Of a stretch of DNA of 64,000 nt, positions 34,190-44,658 are shown piece by piece. A program made the translations under genes and the position numbers. The notes under the pieces are model-generated. The model did no database searches. It was not told where the DNA came from and was given only the letters and a program-made list of their open reading frames with translations. How positions within the stretch are numbered: the stretch's first letter is position 1; each line of letters starts with the position of its first letter. The stretch lies in the NCBI GenBank assembly GCA_016235825.1, contig JACRIL010000152.1, forward strand, positions 53,414-117,413, written 5' to 3'. This DNA comes from Planctomycetota bacterium. GTDB lineage: Bacteria > Planctomycetota > Phycisphaerae > SM23-33.

Positions 34190-35584
34190 ATGGCGGATGA
34201 AATTTTCAATTTCAGATTTGTCCGGATTCTGGCGCCGATCCTATCGGCCGCCATGATCTCGCTGGTTCTGGCCGACGAACCCGCAAGCCGGCCGGACGGC
34301 CCATCGACCGCACCGGCGTCCAGGCCCGCATCAGCACCAGCATCCCAGCCGCAGACTCCGGGCAACCACAGGCTTTTCTTCAATACAAAACCCGACGGCG
34401 CCGACCGCCGGATGGCATATGCGGTCTGGCTGCCAAAGGCCTATCAGGAACCGAAGGAAAAATTCCCGATGGTCGTATTCCTGCTGGGTGCCGGCGAGGT
34501 CGGCAATAATCACGATGGCATCTACGTCCACGGCCCGCCGGCCGAACTCCTGCGGAACCCCAAACTCGCCGAAAAGTCCAACTACATCGTCCTGTCGCCC
34601 CAGTGTCCGGCCGGAAAAAGGTGGGAATCCGAGGGGCTGGCCCAAGCCGTGCTGGACCTGATCGAGTACGTCTGCAAGACCTGGCGGGTGGACAGGGACA
34701 GGATTTACCTGACCGGCCTGAGCATGGGCGGCAAGGGCACATGGCTGATAGCCGAAAAATCCAACGGCCTGTTCGCCGCGATAGCGCCCATCTCCGCCGA
34801 CGAGTACGACCCTGGAAAAATCGCCGACACGCTCAAGGGAACAACCGTGTGGATCATAATCGGCGGCAACGACCAGGGATACACCGCAGGCTCGCAGAAG
34901 ATGCGGGACCTGCTCAGGCAGAATAAGATCGACGTCGTTTATACCGAGATACCGGGCATGGGGCATGGCGCATGGAGCAGTTTTTATTGCAGCCAGAGGT
35001 TCTACGACTTTCTGCTCCTGCATGCCAAAGGCCGCCCTCCGCCGGCTGACAGGCCCGACGAAAAGAGCCTGCTTTCCATCGGGTACACCCCGCCGGAATC
35101 GGTCGACGCCAGGCTGGCCGGCCAGTTCAAGAAGTTCCTGCCCTATTGGCAGCTTCTCAACTGCGGGCCGGACATGGACCCGGGCCTCAAGGATGAAATT
35201 CGAGGCCGGAAAAACGTGTTCGTAACCCATCCGCTGGACCAGGCCACTCCCTGCCGGATAATCAGCACCCTTTCCATCCCGGCCGGGAAAAAATCGGCCC
35301 TCAAGCTCGTTGTCGGCCACCACGACGACGGCGACTGGGACCTGGTTGTCCGGGCCGACGGAAAGGAAATCCGCAAAAAGTCCGTCGGCAAGGAGACTGC
35401 CAAAGACGGCTGGCTCGAATTGAAGGTGAACCTGGACGAATATGCCGGAAAGAGCATATTTGTGGAACTGCTTAACCGGTCCAGCGGATGGCATTGCGAG
35501 GCCGCCTACTGGGGCAAAGTGGAACTGGTAAGCGAGGACGTTCCCGCCCAGACCCGCCCGGCCGCACCCGCCGCCGGACGTTAA
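34190..35584 (+). CDS. Secreted alpha/beta-hydrolase (esterase, phospholipase/carboxylesterase-like)
   Basis: Signal peptide, PAS-rich linker (SRPASAPASQP), nucleophile elbow GLSMGG (GxSxG), downstream D (IIGGNDQ) and H (GMGHGAW) consistent with a Ser-Asp-His triad. Confidence 0.6.
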   Translation: MADEIFNFRFVRILAPILSAAMISLVLADEPASRPDGPSTAPASRPASAPASQPQTPGNHRLFFNTKPDGADRRMAYAVWLPKAYQEPKEKFPMVVFLLGAGEVGNNHDGIYVHGPPAELLRNPKLAEKSNYIVLSPQCPAGKRWESEGLAQAVLDLIEYVCKTWRVDRDRIYLTGLSMGGKGTWLIAEKSNGLFAAIAPISADEYDPGKIADTLKGTTVWIIIGGNDQGYTAGSQKMRDLLRQNKIDVVYTEIPGMGHGAWSSFYCSQRFYDFLLLHAKGRPPPADRPDEKSLLSIGYTPPESVDARLAGQFKKFLPYWQLLNCGPDMDPGLKDEIRGRKNVFVTHPLDQATPCRIISTLSIPAGKKSALKLVVGHHDDGDWDLVVRADGKEIRKKSVGKETAKDGWLELKVNLDEYAGKSIFVELLNRSSGWHCEAAYWGKVELVSEDVPAQTRPAAPAAGR

Positions 35585-35676
35585 AAATTTTTACGATGTT
35601 TTTTTCTCCGCTATTGAAAAAAACGGGAAAAGCCTGTATATAATTTTATGGCGGGTCTCCCTCCACCCGTCATGTT

Positions 35677-35716
35677 CCGCCGCCGGTTAGTCTCCTTTGC
35701 CGGCGGCGGGTTTTTT
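35677..35716 (+). terminator. Rho-independent terminator after the esterase gene
   Basis: 10-bp perfect GC stem ccgccgccgg (35677-35686) / ccggcggcgg (35700-35709), 13-nt loop, followed by tttttt (35711-35716). Confidence 0.6.
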
Positions 35717-35893
35717 ATGCGCCCCGGCCGCATGGCCGCCCCGGAGCGGGAAACGCCGGACCGCCCGAATTTCCGATCTTTATTACAAAATGCTGGCCGG
35801 TCTTATCGGGCCGCGGTATAATCGCCGGTTTATACGCGCATCGGCTGTTTCGATCCGGTTATCTTCAAGGCATTTCGGCTGGAGTGTGAAGTC

Positions 35894-36829
35894 ATGCTGA
35901 AAAGACTGACAATATGCGACGGCAGGCTTATCGAGGCTAAGGATGCCGTCTGCCATGTCGAGATATATATTGCCCCCGACGATACGGACAGGCGATATCT
36001 CATGGACACCTGCAAGATAGACGAGCACACGCTGCACTCGGCCCTTGACCCCGATGAACTGCCTCGGCTGGAGTTTGAACCCGACCACGTGGCGATGATC
36101 TTCAAGAGGCCCAAGAACTACTCGGCCGCCGACGAGTTCCTCTTCAAGGTCGCCTCAACAGGCGTTTTTCTGTTCAAGGAACGCCTGATCGTCGTGATGT
36201 CCGAGGACGCCCAGCTTTTCGAGGTCAAGCAGTCCAACAAAATTCACAACGTGCAGGACGCGCTGCTGAGGTTCATGTACCGCTCGATCTTCCACTTCCT
36301 GGAACACCTGAAGGTGATCCATCTCATCTCCGACCAGCTTGAGCAGAAGATCCAGCAGGCCATGGAAAATCGCGCACTCATCAACCTGTTCACGCTGGAA
36401 AAAGGGATGGTCTATTACCTCAACGCGATCCACGGCAACGGGATCGTGATCGAGAAGGTCAAGAACATGGCCGCCAGGATAGGCCTGACGCCCGAACATG
36501 TCGAGCTGCTGGACGACATCGTCATCGAGAACAACCAGTGCTACAAGCAGGCCGAGATATCGTCGAACATCCTGGCCAGTCTGATGGACGCCCGCGTCTC
36601 GATCGTCAGCAACAACCTTAACGTGGTGATGAAAAAACTGACGCTGGTAATGATCGCCGTTATGCTGCCGACGCTCTGGACGAGCTTTTTCTCGATGAAC
36701 CTGCCTATTCCCGGCGCTGCCGGGGAACCCCATCCGACCTTGGGTTACGGCATGTTTTTCTTTGTCGTTGGCACGGCGATTCTGATGGCCGTTCTGCTGA
36801 TCTGGCTGTGGCGCCGCCGCGGCTGGTGA
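35894..36829 (+). CDS. corA: CorA-family divalent cation (Mg2+/Co2+) transporter
   Basis: 311 aa; cytoplasmic alpha/beta N-domain, two C-terminal TM helices with the signature loop FFSMNLP (GMN-like) between them. Confidence 0.65.
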   Translation: MLKRLTICDGRLIEAKDAVCHVEIYIAPDDTDRRYLMDTCKIDEHTLHSALDPDELPRLEFEPDHVAMIFKRPKNYSAADEFLFKVASTGVFLFKERLIVVMSEDAQLFEVKQSNKIHNVQDALLRFMYRSIFHFLEHLKVIHLISDQLEQKIQQAMENRALINLFTLEKGMVYYLNAIHGNGIVIEKVKNMAARIGLTPEHVELLDDIVIENNQCYKQAEISSNILASLMDARVSIVSNNLNVVMKKLTLVMIAVMLPTLWTSFFSMNLPIPGAAGEPHPTLGYGMFFFVVGTAILMAVLLIWLWRRRGW

Positions 36830-36916
36830 AAATCGGCTGCCCCGGATTTTTCAAATTCACAGTCGCCGCCGGGGGGCGATTGACATTCCCGGCCCGGCCC
36901 TCCACAATGGTCCAAG

Positions 36917-38419
36917 ATGAGCAAGAGCGAAAAACAGCCCGATGCCGGCGGATATCTCGTGCTGGCCCGCAAGTACCGCAGCGCGGCCTTCGACGAGGTC
37001 GTCGGCCAGCAGCACGTCGCCCAGACGCTCGCCAACGCGATCAAGGCCGGCCGGATAGCCCACGCCTACCTGTTCACCGGCACGCGGGGCGTGGGCAAGA
37101 CCACGATGGCCCGCATACTGGCCAAGGCCCTCAACTGCCTTTCCACCGACGGCCCGACCGCCGAACCCTGCAATAAATGCGACGCCTGCCTTGCAATCGC
37201 CCGCGGAGACGATATCGACGTCGTTGAAATGGACGGCGCTTCCAACCGCGGCATCGAAGAGGTTCGTCAGTTGCGGTCCAACACGGTCTTCCGCCCGGCA
37301 AGGTGCAGGTTCAAAATATACTACATAGATGAGGTTCACCAACTGACGAAGGACGCCTTCAACGCGCTGCTCAAGACGCTGGAAGAGCCTCCGCCGCACG
37401 TGAAATTCATCTTCGCCACTACTGAGGCGGAAAAACTGCCCGCCACGATTCTGTCGCGCTGCCAGCGGTTCGATTTCCGCAGCATACCGGCAAAGCAGAT
37501 CGCCGAGCACCTGGCCCGGCTGTGCGAGTCCGAGAAAGTCCAGGCTGACGAGGGCGCGATCTTCCGCATCGCCCGGGCGGCGGCAGGCTCGATGCGCGAC
37601 GGGCTGTCGCTGCTGGACCAGGTTATAGCGGCCGGCGCCGGCAAGGTGGCCGAACAGGACGTGCTTGAACTTCTGGGCACGGCAGACGACGAGCGGTCGC
37701 TTTCGGTCGCGCGGGCCATAGCTGACGGCGATCCTGCCGCGGCGCTGTCGGCCTTCGCGGGGTTGATCGAGGCAGGCTCATCGATCGGCTCGGCGCTGGG
37801 CGGCCTGTGCGAGACGATGCGGAACATGATGCTCGCCAGGGTCGGCGGCCAGGCGGCGGACCTGATTGAACTGGGCGAGGTCCAGAAAAAGGCGGTGATC
37901 GAACTGGCCGGCAGATTCTCGCTGCCGGCGCTTACCCAGGCCGTCGCGATGCTCTCGAACGTCGCGTACAAGGTCCGCACGTCGAGCATCGCCCGCCCGC
38001 TGGCCGAGGCGGTTGTCGTCCGGCTGGCCGCGGCGGACAAGTTCGTCGATCCGGTGAGCCTGATCGAGCGGATCGAGACGATGGAATCGGGCGCACCCGC
38101 GCAGGGCGGTTCGGCCCGGCCGGCGACAGGAGCGTTCGCGCCGCCCGCGGCCCGGCAAGGACAGGCCTTTCAGCCAAGGCAAACGCCCGCGCCGCCTCAG
38201 GCACAGGGCGCACGCCAGGCGGGACAGGTTCAATCGGCGCAGACGGCCCAGCCTCCTCAAGCCAGACAGCCCCAGCCTCCGGCCAAACAATTAAGCACGG
38301 CCGAAAAACAGCAGATTCAGGCTGACCCGGCCGTCAAAAACGCCCTGGGCCTCTTCGGCGGGCAGGTCATCGACGTCCGGGCGGAAGAAGACAACCCCAA
38401 AGACGATCAGGCCGACTGA
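36917..38419 (+). CDS. dnaX: DNA polymerase III subunit gamma/tau
   Basis: N-terminal clamp-loader AAA+ module: RKYRSAAFDEVVGQQHV..., Walker A LFTGTRGVGKTTMARILAKALNC, Zn module CNKCDACLAIARG, SRC/sensor motifs; Pro/Gln-rich tau-like C-terminus. Confidence 0.85.
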   Translation: MSKSEKQPDAGGYLVLARKYRSAAFDEVVGQQHVAQTLANAIKAGRIAHAYLFTGTRGVGKTTMARILAKALNCLSTDGPTAEPCNKCDACLAIARGDDIDVVEMDGASNRGIEEVRQLRSNTVFRPARCRFKIYYIDEVHQLTKDAFNALLKTLEEPPPHVKFIFATTEAEKLPATILSRCQRFDFRSIPAKQIAEHLARLCESEKVQADEGAIFRIARAAAGSMRDGLSLLDQVIAAGAGKVAEQDVLELLGTADDERSLSVARAIADGDPAAALSAFAGLIEAGSSIGSALGGLCETMRNMMLARVGGQAADLIELGEVQKKAVIELAGRFSLPALTQAVAMLSNVAYKVRTSSIARPLAEAVVVRLAAADKFVDPVSLIERIETMESGAPAQGGSARPATGAFAPPAARQGQAFQPRQTPAPPQAQGARQAGQVQSAQTAQPPQARQPQPPAKQLSTAEKQQIQADPAVKNALGLFGGQVIDVRAEEDNPKDDQAD

Positions 38420-38437
38420 GAGACCGCTCTTCGGATT

Positions 38438-38460
38438 GGCGGCATCCAGCGCCGCTTTTT
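38438..38460. terminator. Short hairpin + T-run between convergent dnaX and fcl (weak bidirectional terminator candidate)
   Basis: gcggc (38439-38443) / gccgc (38451-38455) stem, followed by ttttt (38456-38460). Confidence 0.3.
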
Positions 38461-38470
38461 AAACGATCTG

Positions 38471-39421
38471 CTATGCCGGGAAGGCCTTCTCAAACCAATC
38501 GATGGTCCTTTTCAGGCCCTCGTCGAATTCCATCTGGGCCTTGAAACCGAATAATTCCAGCGCCCTTGAGATATCGAGGCACCGTCTTGGCTGGCCGTCG
38601 GGCTTTGTGGCGTCCCACGCCAGTCCGCCCTTGAAGCCCGACAAGGCCGCGATCTTCGTCGCCAGGTCCTTGATCGTTATTTCCCTGCCTGCCCCCAGAT
38701 TCACCGGCTCCGGGCCGTCGTAACTTTTCGCCGCCAGCACGATTCCTCGTGCGCAGTCCTCGACGTACAGGAACTCGCGGCTGGCTGAGCCGGTCCCCCA
38801 GACCTCCACGCTGTCGCGCCCGCCCCGCCGGGCCTCGACGAACTTGCGGATCAGCGCCGGTATCACGTGGCTGCTCTTTGGGTTGAAGTTGTCGCCGGGA
38901 CCGTAAAGATTCACCGGCAGCAGGTAGATGCCGTTAAGCCCGTACTGCTGGCGGTAAGCCTGGAGCATCACGAGCAGGGCCTTTTTGGCCACGCCGTACG
39001 GCGCGTTGGTCTCCTCGGGATAGCCGTTCCACAGGTCCTCCTCGCGGAACGGGACGGGCGTGAACTTGGGATACGCGCAGATCGTGCCGACCTGCACGAA
39101 CTTTTTCAGCCCCGTCAGCCGGGCGTGCTCGATCAGGTGCAGACCCATCGCCATGTTGGCGTAGAAAAACCTGCCTGGATTCTCGCGATTGGCCCCGATG
39201 CCGCCGACCTCCGCCGCAAGGTGCAGAACCATCGTGGGTTTGAGCCGGCCGTACATAAGTTCCACCTGGGTCTCGTCGGTCAGGTCGTATTCCTTCCGGC
39301 GCGGCACCAGGATCGCGTCCTGCCGCGCCCCGCCGCGGACAAGCTCGGCCGACACGCACCGGCCCAGAAACCCCGCCCCGCCGGTTACCACGATCCGCTC
39401 TTTGCTCAAATCCAAAGCCAT
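38471..39421 (-). CDS. fcl: GDP-L-fucose synthase (GDP-4-keto-6-deoxy-D-mannose 3,5-epimerase/4-reductase)
   Basis: Rossmann [24 protein letters not shown], catalytic YxxxK (YGVAKKAL), and overall collinearity with Fcl/WcaG; start taken at internal Met MALDLSK (39421). Confidence 0.8.
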   Translation of the reverse strand: MALDLSKERIVVTGGAGFLGRCVSAELVRGGARQDAILVPRRKEYDLTDETQVELMYGRLKPTMVLHLAAEVGGIGANRENPGRFFYANMAMGLHLIEHARLTGLKKFVQVGTICAYPKFTPVPFREEDLWNGYPEETNAPYGVAKKALLVMLQAYRQQYGLNGIYLLPVNLYGPGDNFNPKSSHVIPALIRKFVEARRGGRDSVEVWGTGSASREFLYVEDCARGIVLAAKSYDGPEPVNLGAGREITIKDLATKIAALSGFKGGLAWDATKPDGQPRRCLDISRALELFGFKAQMEFDEGLKRTIDWFEKAFPA

Positions 39422-39587
39422 CGCTCGCCTTTCTTGAAATTCGCCTGCATGGACAGTCCGGCCCTGAAGCAAACTCTAAAAACCATCTTCGAGTTTGTAA
39501 AGTCAACATTGACGAAGCTGTATTCCGTTGTTGTACGTATAAGGCGAACTTGAATCGATAACGCTTTAGGATTTTCCTGAGAATCGT

Positions 39588-40778
39588 TCATTCTTCCTCA
39601 GTATTAACATATTTGTATCGCCCCTTGTTTTTTTCCGCGAGTTTTTTGAGGAAACCAGAGGTATTGTGTTTGTCTTCGCCGTATTGAAACACGCAGATCA
39701 TTGCCCGATCGGTTTCCGACGGATTGCGTTCCGCGAGCAATTTCGCCAGTGCCGCTTTTGACTCGGGAAACTGCCCGTCCGTCAGGAAATAGATCAGTTT
39801 GCCTTTATTTTTAACGTCCTTAAGCACTTCAAAAGCCCGCTCCATCGCCGGCACTGGGTCCGTCATGCCTTCAGGAACGAGGTTCTTGAGGAACTCGGCG
39901 GACATCACTTTATTCTGCCTGTTGGCGACAATGAGTTGTTTGGGCGGATTTTCTATCGGCGTTCCCTTTGTAAAATATATCAGGTGGAAATCCTGTTCCT
40001 CCTTGAGCTGGCCAAGAGAAATCAGCAATTCCTTGCGGATACGGTCGAACGTGTAGATCATGGAACCGGAACAATCGACGACATATACGACACAATACGC
40101 ACGACCACCATACTGGTTTGTTATATGCTCTATTATAGCCTTGGCTCGCTCTGCTATTTCCGGATCGGAATCCTCATTTCCGACAACACTTTCAAGGGTC
40201 GGCACGGCCGATCTGCCGATCTTCTTGAGACTCTCCGTGGCTTCCTCTCGAACCTTTATGTCATTATTGCCGAGTTTGGCTACCAGTTTTTTGATTTCTT
40301 CAAGATTGGTTTTTGGCTGTGTGGTTGACCGTGCCGCGGCAGCGAAAAATGCCTCATCCTCGTCATCGGTGTTCGGTACAGGTTCCGGTTTCTTATTTTT
40401 AATGATGGCCTCAAAGACAGGCAGGGCCGCTTTGCCAAGCTCCATGAACCGTCGGGCGGCCTTGAAACGGACTTCCGGGTCATCGTCGTCAAGTTGGGCG
40501 ACCAGTTTCCAGATTTCGCTTTGATTGACAGCCGGGGCGGATGCCGGCACTGTTTCCGGCAATGAAGACGGCGAGGTTGATGCAACGGTTACCGGAACGA
40601 TTGCCGGCGCGGCAGACGGGGCGGATGCCGTCGGGTTCGCGGCGTCGCCGCAACCGGTACCAGATGCAATCAACACAATCACAAATGCCGACGTGAAAAG
40701 TTTTGAAAGAAACCGGTATGCCCGCTTCACGGAAGCAGTCTTTTTATTGCAACTGTTCGTCATTCCCGGAGATGACAT
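39588..40778 (-). CDS. vWA-domain lipoprotein with HEAT-like repeats
   Basis: Lipoprotein signal (LIASGTGC), HEAT-like repeats (DDDPEVRFKAARRFMELGKAALP; NDIKVREEATESLKKIGRSAVP), vWA MIDAS VVYVVDCSGSM. Confidence 0.5.
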   Translation of the reverse strand: MSSPGMTNSCNKKTASVKRAYRFLSKLFTSAFVIVLIASGTGCGDAANPTASAPSAAPAIVPVTVASTSPSSLPETVPASAPAVNQSEIWKLVAQLDDDDPEVRFKAARRFMELGKAALPVFEAIIKNKKPEPVPNTDDEDEAFFAAAARSTTQPKTNLEEIKKLVAKLGNNDIKVREEATESLKKIGRSAVPTLESVVGNEDSDPEIAERAKAIIEHITNQYGGRAYCVVYVVDCSGSMIYTFDRIRKELLISLGQLKEEQDFHLIYFTKGTPIENPPKQLIVANRQNKVMSAEFLKNLVPEGMTDPVPAMERAFEVLKDVKNKGKLIYFLTDGQFPESKAALAKLLAERNPSETDRAMICVFQYGEDKHNTSGFLKKLAEKNKGRYKYVNTEEE

Positions 40779-40861
40779 GCCATCATCTTCCCGGATTCAG
40801 ATTTTATTGCAAGCGGATTTTGAACTGCGACAGAGGGCGGGTTGGAAATCTCTAATTTTCG

Positions 40862-41827
40862 TCAGGACGCCTGGGCCATGGGGTGTGCCTTGTCGTAGAC
40901 TTCCTTGAGTCGGCTGGTCGTCAGGTGGGTGTATATCTGGGTGGTGGAGAGATTTTCGTGGCCGAGGAGTTCCTGTACGCTCCGCAGGTCGGCCCCGGCG
41001 TTGAGCATATGTGTGGCGAAGCTGTGCCGCAGCGTATGCGGGCTGATGTGCATCGGGATTCCGGCGGTCAGCAGGTACTTGTCGAGCTTGCGGCGGATGG
41101 ACCTGTCGGTCAGGCGGCGGCAGGACTTGTTGACGAACAGCGGCCCGGCCTCCTGGCGCCCGAAGGCCTCGTCGCGCTTTATGAGATATTTTTTGATCGC
41201 CTCGACGGCCTTGCCGCCCAGCGGCGCGATCCGCTGCTTCTTGCCCTTGCCATTGACCTTGACGGCCCCGGAGAACTCGTCGAGGTCCTCGATGTTCATG
41301 GCCACAAGTTCGCTTATCCGCAGGCCGGCCGAGTAGATCGTCTCCAGGATCGCCTTGTCGCGGCTGCCCAGCAGGGTGGCGGCGTCGGGGGCGGAAAGCA
41401 GCGTGCCGACCTGCTGGACATCGAGGCACTTGGGCAGCTTCTTGTCCTGCCGGGGCGTGCGGATCACGCTGACGGGCGAAAATTCCAGCACCTGGCCGCG
41501 GATCAGGAACTTGTAGAAGCTCCGCAGGCAGGCGAGCTTTCTGGCGACGGTGGCCTTGGAATACTGGTTGTTCCGCATCATGGCCAGGTACGCCCGCACG
41601 TCGGTTGGCGATACGGCGGTCAGCTTGCCGGAGATGCCCTCGTGGGCGGGCAGTTCGTCGGCCGGCGTGAGATTTCCGGCGGTCAGCCCCTCGGCGGACA
41701 TATCCGAGCAGAGGAACTGGCAGAACTGCTCCAGGTCGGCCGTGTACGATCGGATCGTGTGGTTGGAAAAACTCCGCTGGTTCTGAAGGAAGTCCAGGAA
41801 CTTTTCTACAAGCTCCGGCAGTTGCAT
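40862..41827 (-). CDS. Tyrosine recombinase XerC/XerD-type
   Basis: 321 aa; N-terminal core-binding domain (IRSYTADLEQF), catalytic HTLRHSFATHML ... LGHENLSTTQIYTHL (R-H-R-Y). Confidence 0.8.
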   Translation of the reverse strand: MQLPELVEKFLDFLQNQRSFSNHTIRSYTADLEQFCQFLCSDMSAEGLTAGNLTPADELPAHEGISGKLTAVSPTDVRAYLAMMRNNQYSKATVARKLACLRSFYKFLIRGQVLEFSPVSVIRTPRQDKKLPKCLDVQQVGTLLSAPDAATLLGSRDKAILETIYSAGLRISELVAMNIEDLDEFSGAVKVNGKGKKQRIAPLGGKAVEAIKKYLIKRDEAFGRQEAGPLFVNKSCRRLTDRSIRRKLDKYLLTAGIPMHISPHTLRHSFATHMLNAGADLRSVQELLGHENLSTTQIYTHLTTSRLKEVYDKAHPMAQAS

Positions 41828-42213
41828 TTGCGTTTCCTGTTTTTATGCCTGCCGCCGGCCTGCTGGGCCGGCGTCGAATCCGAATCCGTCATCCCGCCAG
41901 GTCAGTCCGCCCCGGCAGATTCATCTTCCGCCGAGACCGCCACCTGGCAGCACAGCGCCATGGCGTCCACCATGTCCAGGTCGCCGTCGAGGTCCAGGGC
42001 GATCCTGACTATCTCGTCGAGGACATCCTTTTCCTGGCCGGGCAGATAGCGGAAAACAAACTTCTGTCCGGCACGCGTGAGGCTGACCGTCCTGGTCCGC
42101 ATAATCGTGTCTCCCTGAGCGCCTGGCCGCGCCGCGGACAGGCCCGCAAATCGGCCTGTCAGTTCTAGATATCGGCAGGCGGAGCGTATAAACTGAAGCG
42201 GCAAAACCGGCCA

Positions 42214-43002
42214 TTGAGCCGATTGGCGATTATTCGCATGGACGAAAGCACCGACAAACCCGACAGGATGGCGCTGGGCGATCATCTGGACGATCTCCGC
42301 AGGAGGCTGATCTATGCGCTGATCGGGCTGGCGGTCGGCATGACCGGCGGCCTGGTCGAGGCGGGCGACATCATCCGGTTCCTCCAGAAACCCTACATGG
42401 AGATCGCCAGGCAGTCCGGCATGTCGAACACGCTGGTGGCAATGTCGCTCACCGACGGCATCAGCACGTATTGCGAGGTGGGTTTTTATGCCGGCCTGAT
42501 GGTGTCAAGCCCGTGGGTCTTCTGGCAGCTCTGGATGTTCGTGTCGGTCGGGCTGCTGCCCCGCGAGCGGCGATACGTCCTGCTGGCGGCGCCGGCGTCG
42601 GCGGGTTTGTTCGTCGCGGGGGCGGCGTTTTTCTTCTTCGTGGTCTCCGGGCCGATGCTCGGCTTCCTGGTGATGTTCAACAACTTCATGGGGCTGGCCA
42701 TGTTTCTCACGCTGGATCATTACATCAGCTTCATCGCCGGCATGGTGATAACATTCGGCCTGGCCTTCCAGATGCCGCTGGCGGTGATGCTGCTGGCCAA
42801 GATGGGAATTGTAGGCACGGCCGGTCTGGCCAGATATCGCAAGCACGTCATACTGGCGCTTGTCATCGCAGCCGCTGTGATCGTCCCGACGCCCAGCCCG
42901 ATCGATCAGCTCATGCTGGCCATTCCGCTCTGTGCGCTCTACGAACTGGGCATTCTGCTGGCCAAAATTGTTACCCGCCCGAAAAAGCCGGAGGCTGCAT
43001 AG
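42214..43002 (+). CDS. tatC: Sec-independent twin-arginine translocase subunit TatC
   Basis: 262 aa, six TM helices, N-terminal HLDDLRRRLIYALIGLAVGM and conserved TatC loop motifs (FFFFVVSGPMLGFLVMF). Confidence 0.8.
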   Translation: MSRLAIIRMDESTDKPDRMALGDHLDDLRRRLIYALIGLAVGMTGGLVEAGDIIRFLQKPYMEIARQSGMSNTLVAMSLTDGISTYCEVGFYAGLMVSSPWVFWQLWMFVSVGLLPRERRYVLLAAPASAGLFVAGAAFFFFVVSGPMLGFLVMFNNFMGLAMFLTLDHYISFIAGMVITFGLAFQMPLAVMLLAKMGIVGTAGLARYRKHVILALVIAAAVIVPTPSPIDQLMLAIPLCALYELGILLAKIVTRPKKPEAA

Positions 43003-43005
43003 ACG

Positions 43006-44658
43006 TCACTTCTTCGCGGGCTGCCTGACGTTGGCGTCGTCCCTGATCAGTTTTTCGGCCTGCCTGCCGGCGACCGTGTCGGGATAGTCCGTCAGAAGCT
43101 TATTGATCGCCTCGGATGCCTTCAGGTGGTCCTGGACCGAGATGTGCATCTTGGCCAGGTTCAGCAGCCGCTCGGCCTCGCCCTCGGGGTCTTTGGGGAT
43201 CGGGCCTTTGGGCGTGCCCATGACGTAATTGTCCACTTCAGGCGTCAGCGCTCCGTCCACGCTGGGCGGGTCCCAGCGGAAGTTGCGTGTCAGCAGCCTG
43301 TCGACCAGCCCGGCCTGCTTGAGGAGCTTGGCCATGCTCTTTTTCTTGCGATCCAGTTCGGCCTTCAATTCGTTGCTGTCCGACTGGAGCGACACGCCGG
43401 TCGACTTGAGCTGGTTGATCGAACTGGTCAGATCGCCTATCTGGCGGAAATAATCGCCGGCATAAGGCATGTAGCCGAAATTGCCGGGATAATAATATGG
43501 ATAGGGCCATGGCCAGGGATCGGGATCGCGATGGCGGCGATGATGTCCGTGATCGTGGCCATGCCCTCCTCCGCCATGTCCGACCGGACCGCCGCCGGGT
43601 CCGGCCATAGGCATGGCGCCGCCTAGCCCGCCCCCGAAGCCGCCGCCGAAAAACGGGCCGGGATAATAAGAATTGTTGAACGAGCCGGCCATCGAGAAAT
43701 CGCCCCACGTCCCGGCAAAGCCGATGCTCAGTCCGTCGCCGAACCAGGGCCAGAAGCCGCCTCCGCCCGGAAAATAGGGATAGAACCCGCCGTAATTGCC
43801 GTAGTTGACGGTCGGCCAGCTAATTGGCGCCAGCCCGCCGCTGACGATGAAAGGCGGCGCGTTGAGCATCTGCCGATACATGTACAACGCCTCGGTCTGC
43901 TTGTTCTGTATCTGGCTCGATATGTCCATCAGCTTGGCCTGAACATCCAGGTAATTCCGCTGGACGGCCAGCGTCGCGTCCTCCAGCGTCGCCATCTTGT
44001 CGCCGGTTTCCTTGTCGAGCTTGTCTCTGGCGATGTATGCGTCGCGGACCTTTTTGTAGCTGCGGGCGAAGGCCTCGTTCTGGTCCCACTTGTTGCGGAG
44101 GTTGTCGAGTATCCGCTTGAGCGCGTCGGGCAGCTCGGGAGCGTCGAGCGTGTTTTCGTACCAGACCATGAGCTGGCCGGCGTTGTTCATTATGCCCGCG
44201 TCGTTCGGCAGCAGTGCGGCGGCCCGTATGCAGGCCGGCAGGGCCGCGCCATAATCGCCCCGCTTGCCGTTCATGCACCCGATGACGCCCCAGGCCGTCC
44301 CGTTGCGCGGATCAAGATTTACCAGCACCTTGGCCGGCATCTCGGCGTACTGCGGCAGGCCCAGGCTGAGCATCCGCTTCATGTATGTCTCGTGAATCGC
44401 CAAGCTGGTGTTGTCGATCGAGCAGCCCTTGACGTAGCAGGTCAAGGCGGTCGCCGGGTCCTTGGTCTCTTTGATGGCCGCGATAAACGGCGCCAGCCTC
44501 TGCTCGACGGTGGGCGCGGCCTTGGGCTGCGGCTTGCCGTCGCTGAATGCCTGGCAGGCGCACGCCGCAAAAACGCCGGCCAGAACCAGACGCGCGATTG
44601 AACTGGTGGAGATTCTCCCGCTCATGGTTTGCTCCCGAAAAAGGTTTGTCGGAGTCAT
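43006..44658 (-). CDS. Secreted protein with Gly/aromatic/His-rich low-complexity core and coiled-coil flanks
   Basis: Signal peptide IARLVLAGVFAACACQA; central ~150 aa GGFYPYFPGGGGFWPWFGDG...GGGPVGHGGGGHGHDHGHHRRHRDPDPWPWPYPYYYPGNFGY. Confidence 0.45.
   Translation of the reverse strand: MTPTNLFREQTMSGRISTSSIARLVLAGVFAACACQAFSDGKPQPKAAPTVEQRLAPFIAAIKETKDPATALTCYVKGCSIDNTSLAIHETYMKRMLSLGLPQYAEMPAKVLVNLDPRNGTAWGVIGCMNGKRGDYGAALPACIRAAALLPNDAGIMNNAGQLMVWYENTLDAPELPDALKRILDNLRNKWDQNEAFARSYKKVRDAYIARDKLDKETGDKMATLEDATLAVQRNYLDVQAKLMDISSQIQNKQTEALYMYRQMLNAPPFIVSGGLAPISWPTVNYGNYGGFYPYFPGGGGFWPWFGDGLSIGFAGTWGDFSMAGSFNNSYYPGPFFGGGFGGGLGGAMPMAGPGGGPVGHGGGGHGHDHGHHRRHRDPDPWPWPYPYYYPGNFGYMPYAGDYFRQIGDLTSSINQLKSTGVSLQSDSNELKAELDRKKKSMAKLLKQAGLVDRLLTRNFRWDPPSVDGALTPEVDNYVMGTPKGPIPKDPEGEAERLLNLAKMHISVQDHLKASEAINKLLTDYPDTVAGRQAEKLIRDDANVRQPAKK

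Noticed and set aside
38438-38460. Strong intrinsic terminator after dnaX
   Set aside because: Only a 5-bp stem precedes the T-run. Kept as a low-confidence feature but not treated as a firm terminator.
41902-42285. 127-aa minus-strand ORF between xerC/D and tatC (and overlapping 107-aa plus ORF 41845-42168)
   Set aside because: Two overlapping ORFs on opposite strands with no motifs. Possibly a 66-aa protein from internal Met at 42102, but the evidence is insufficient to call a gene.
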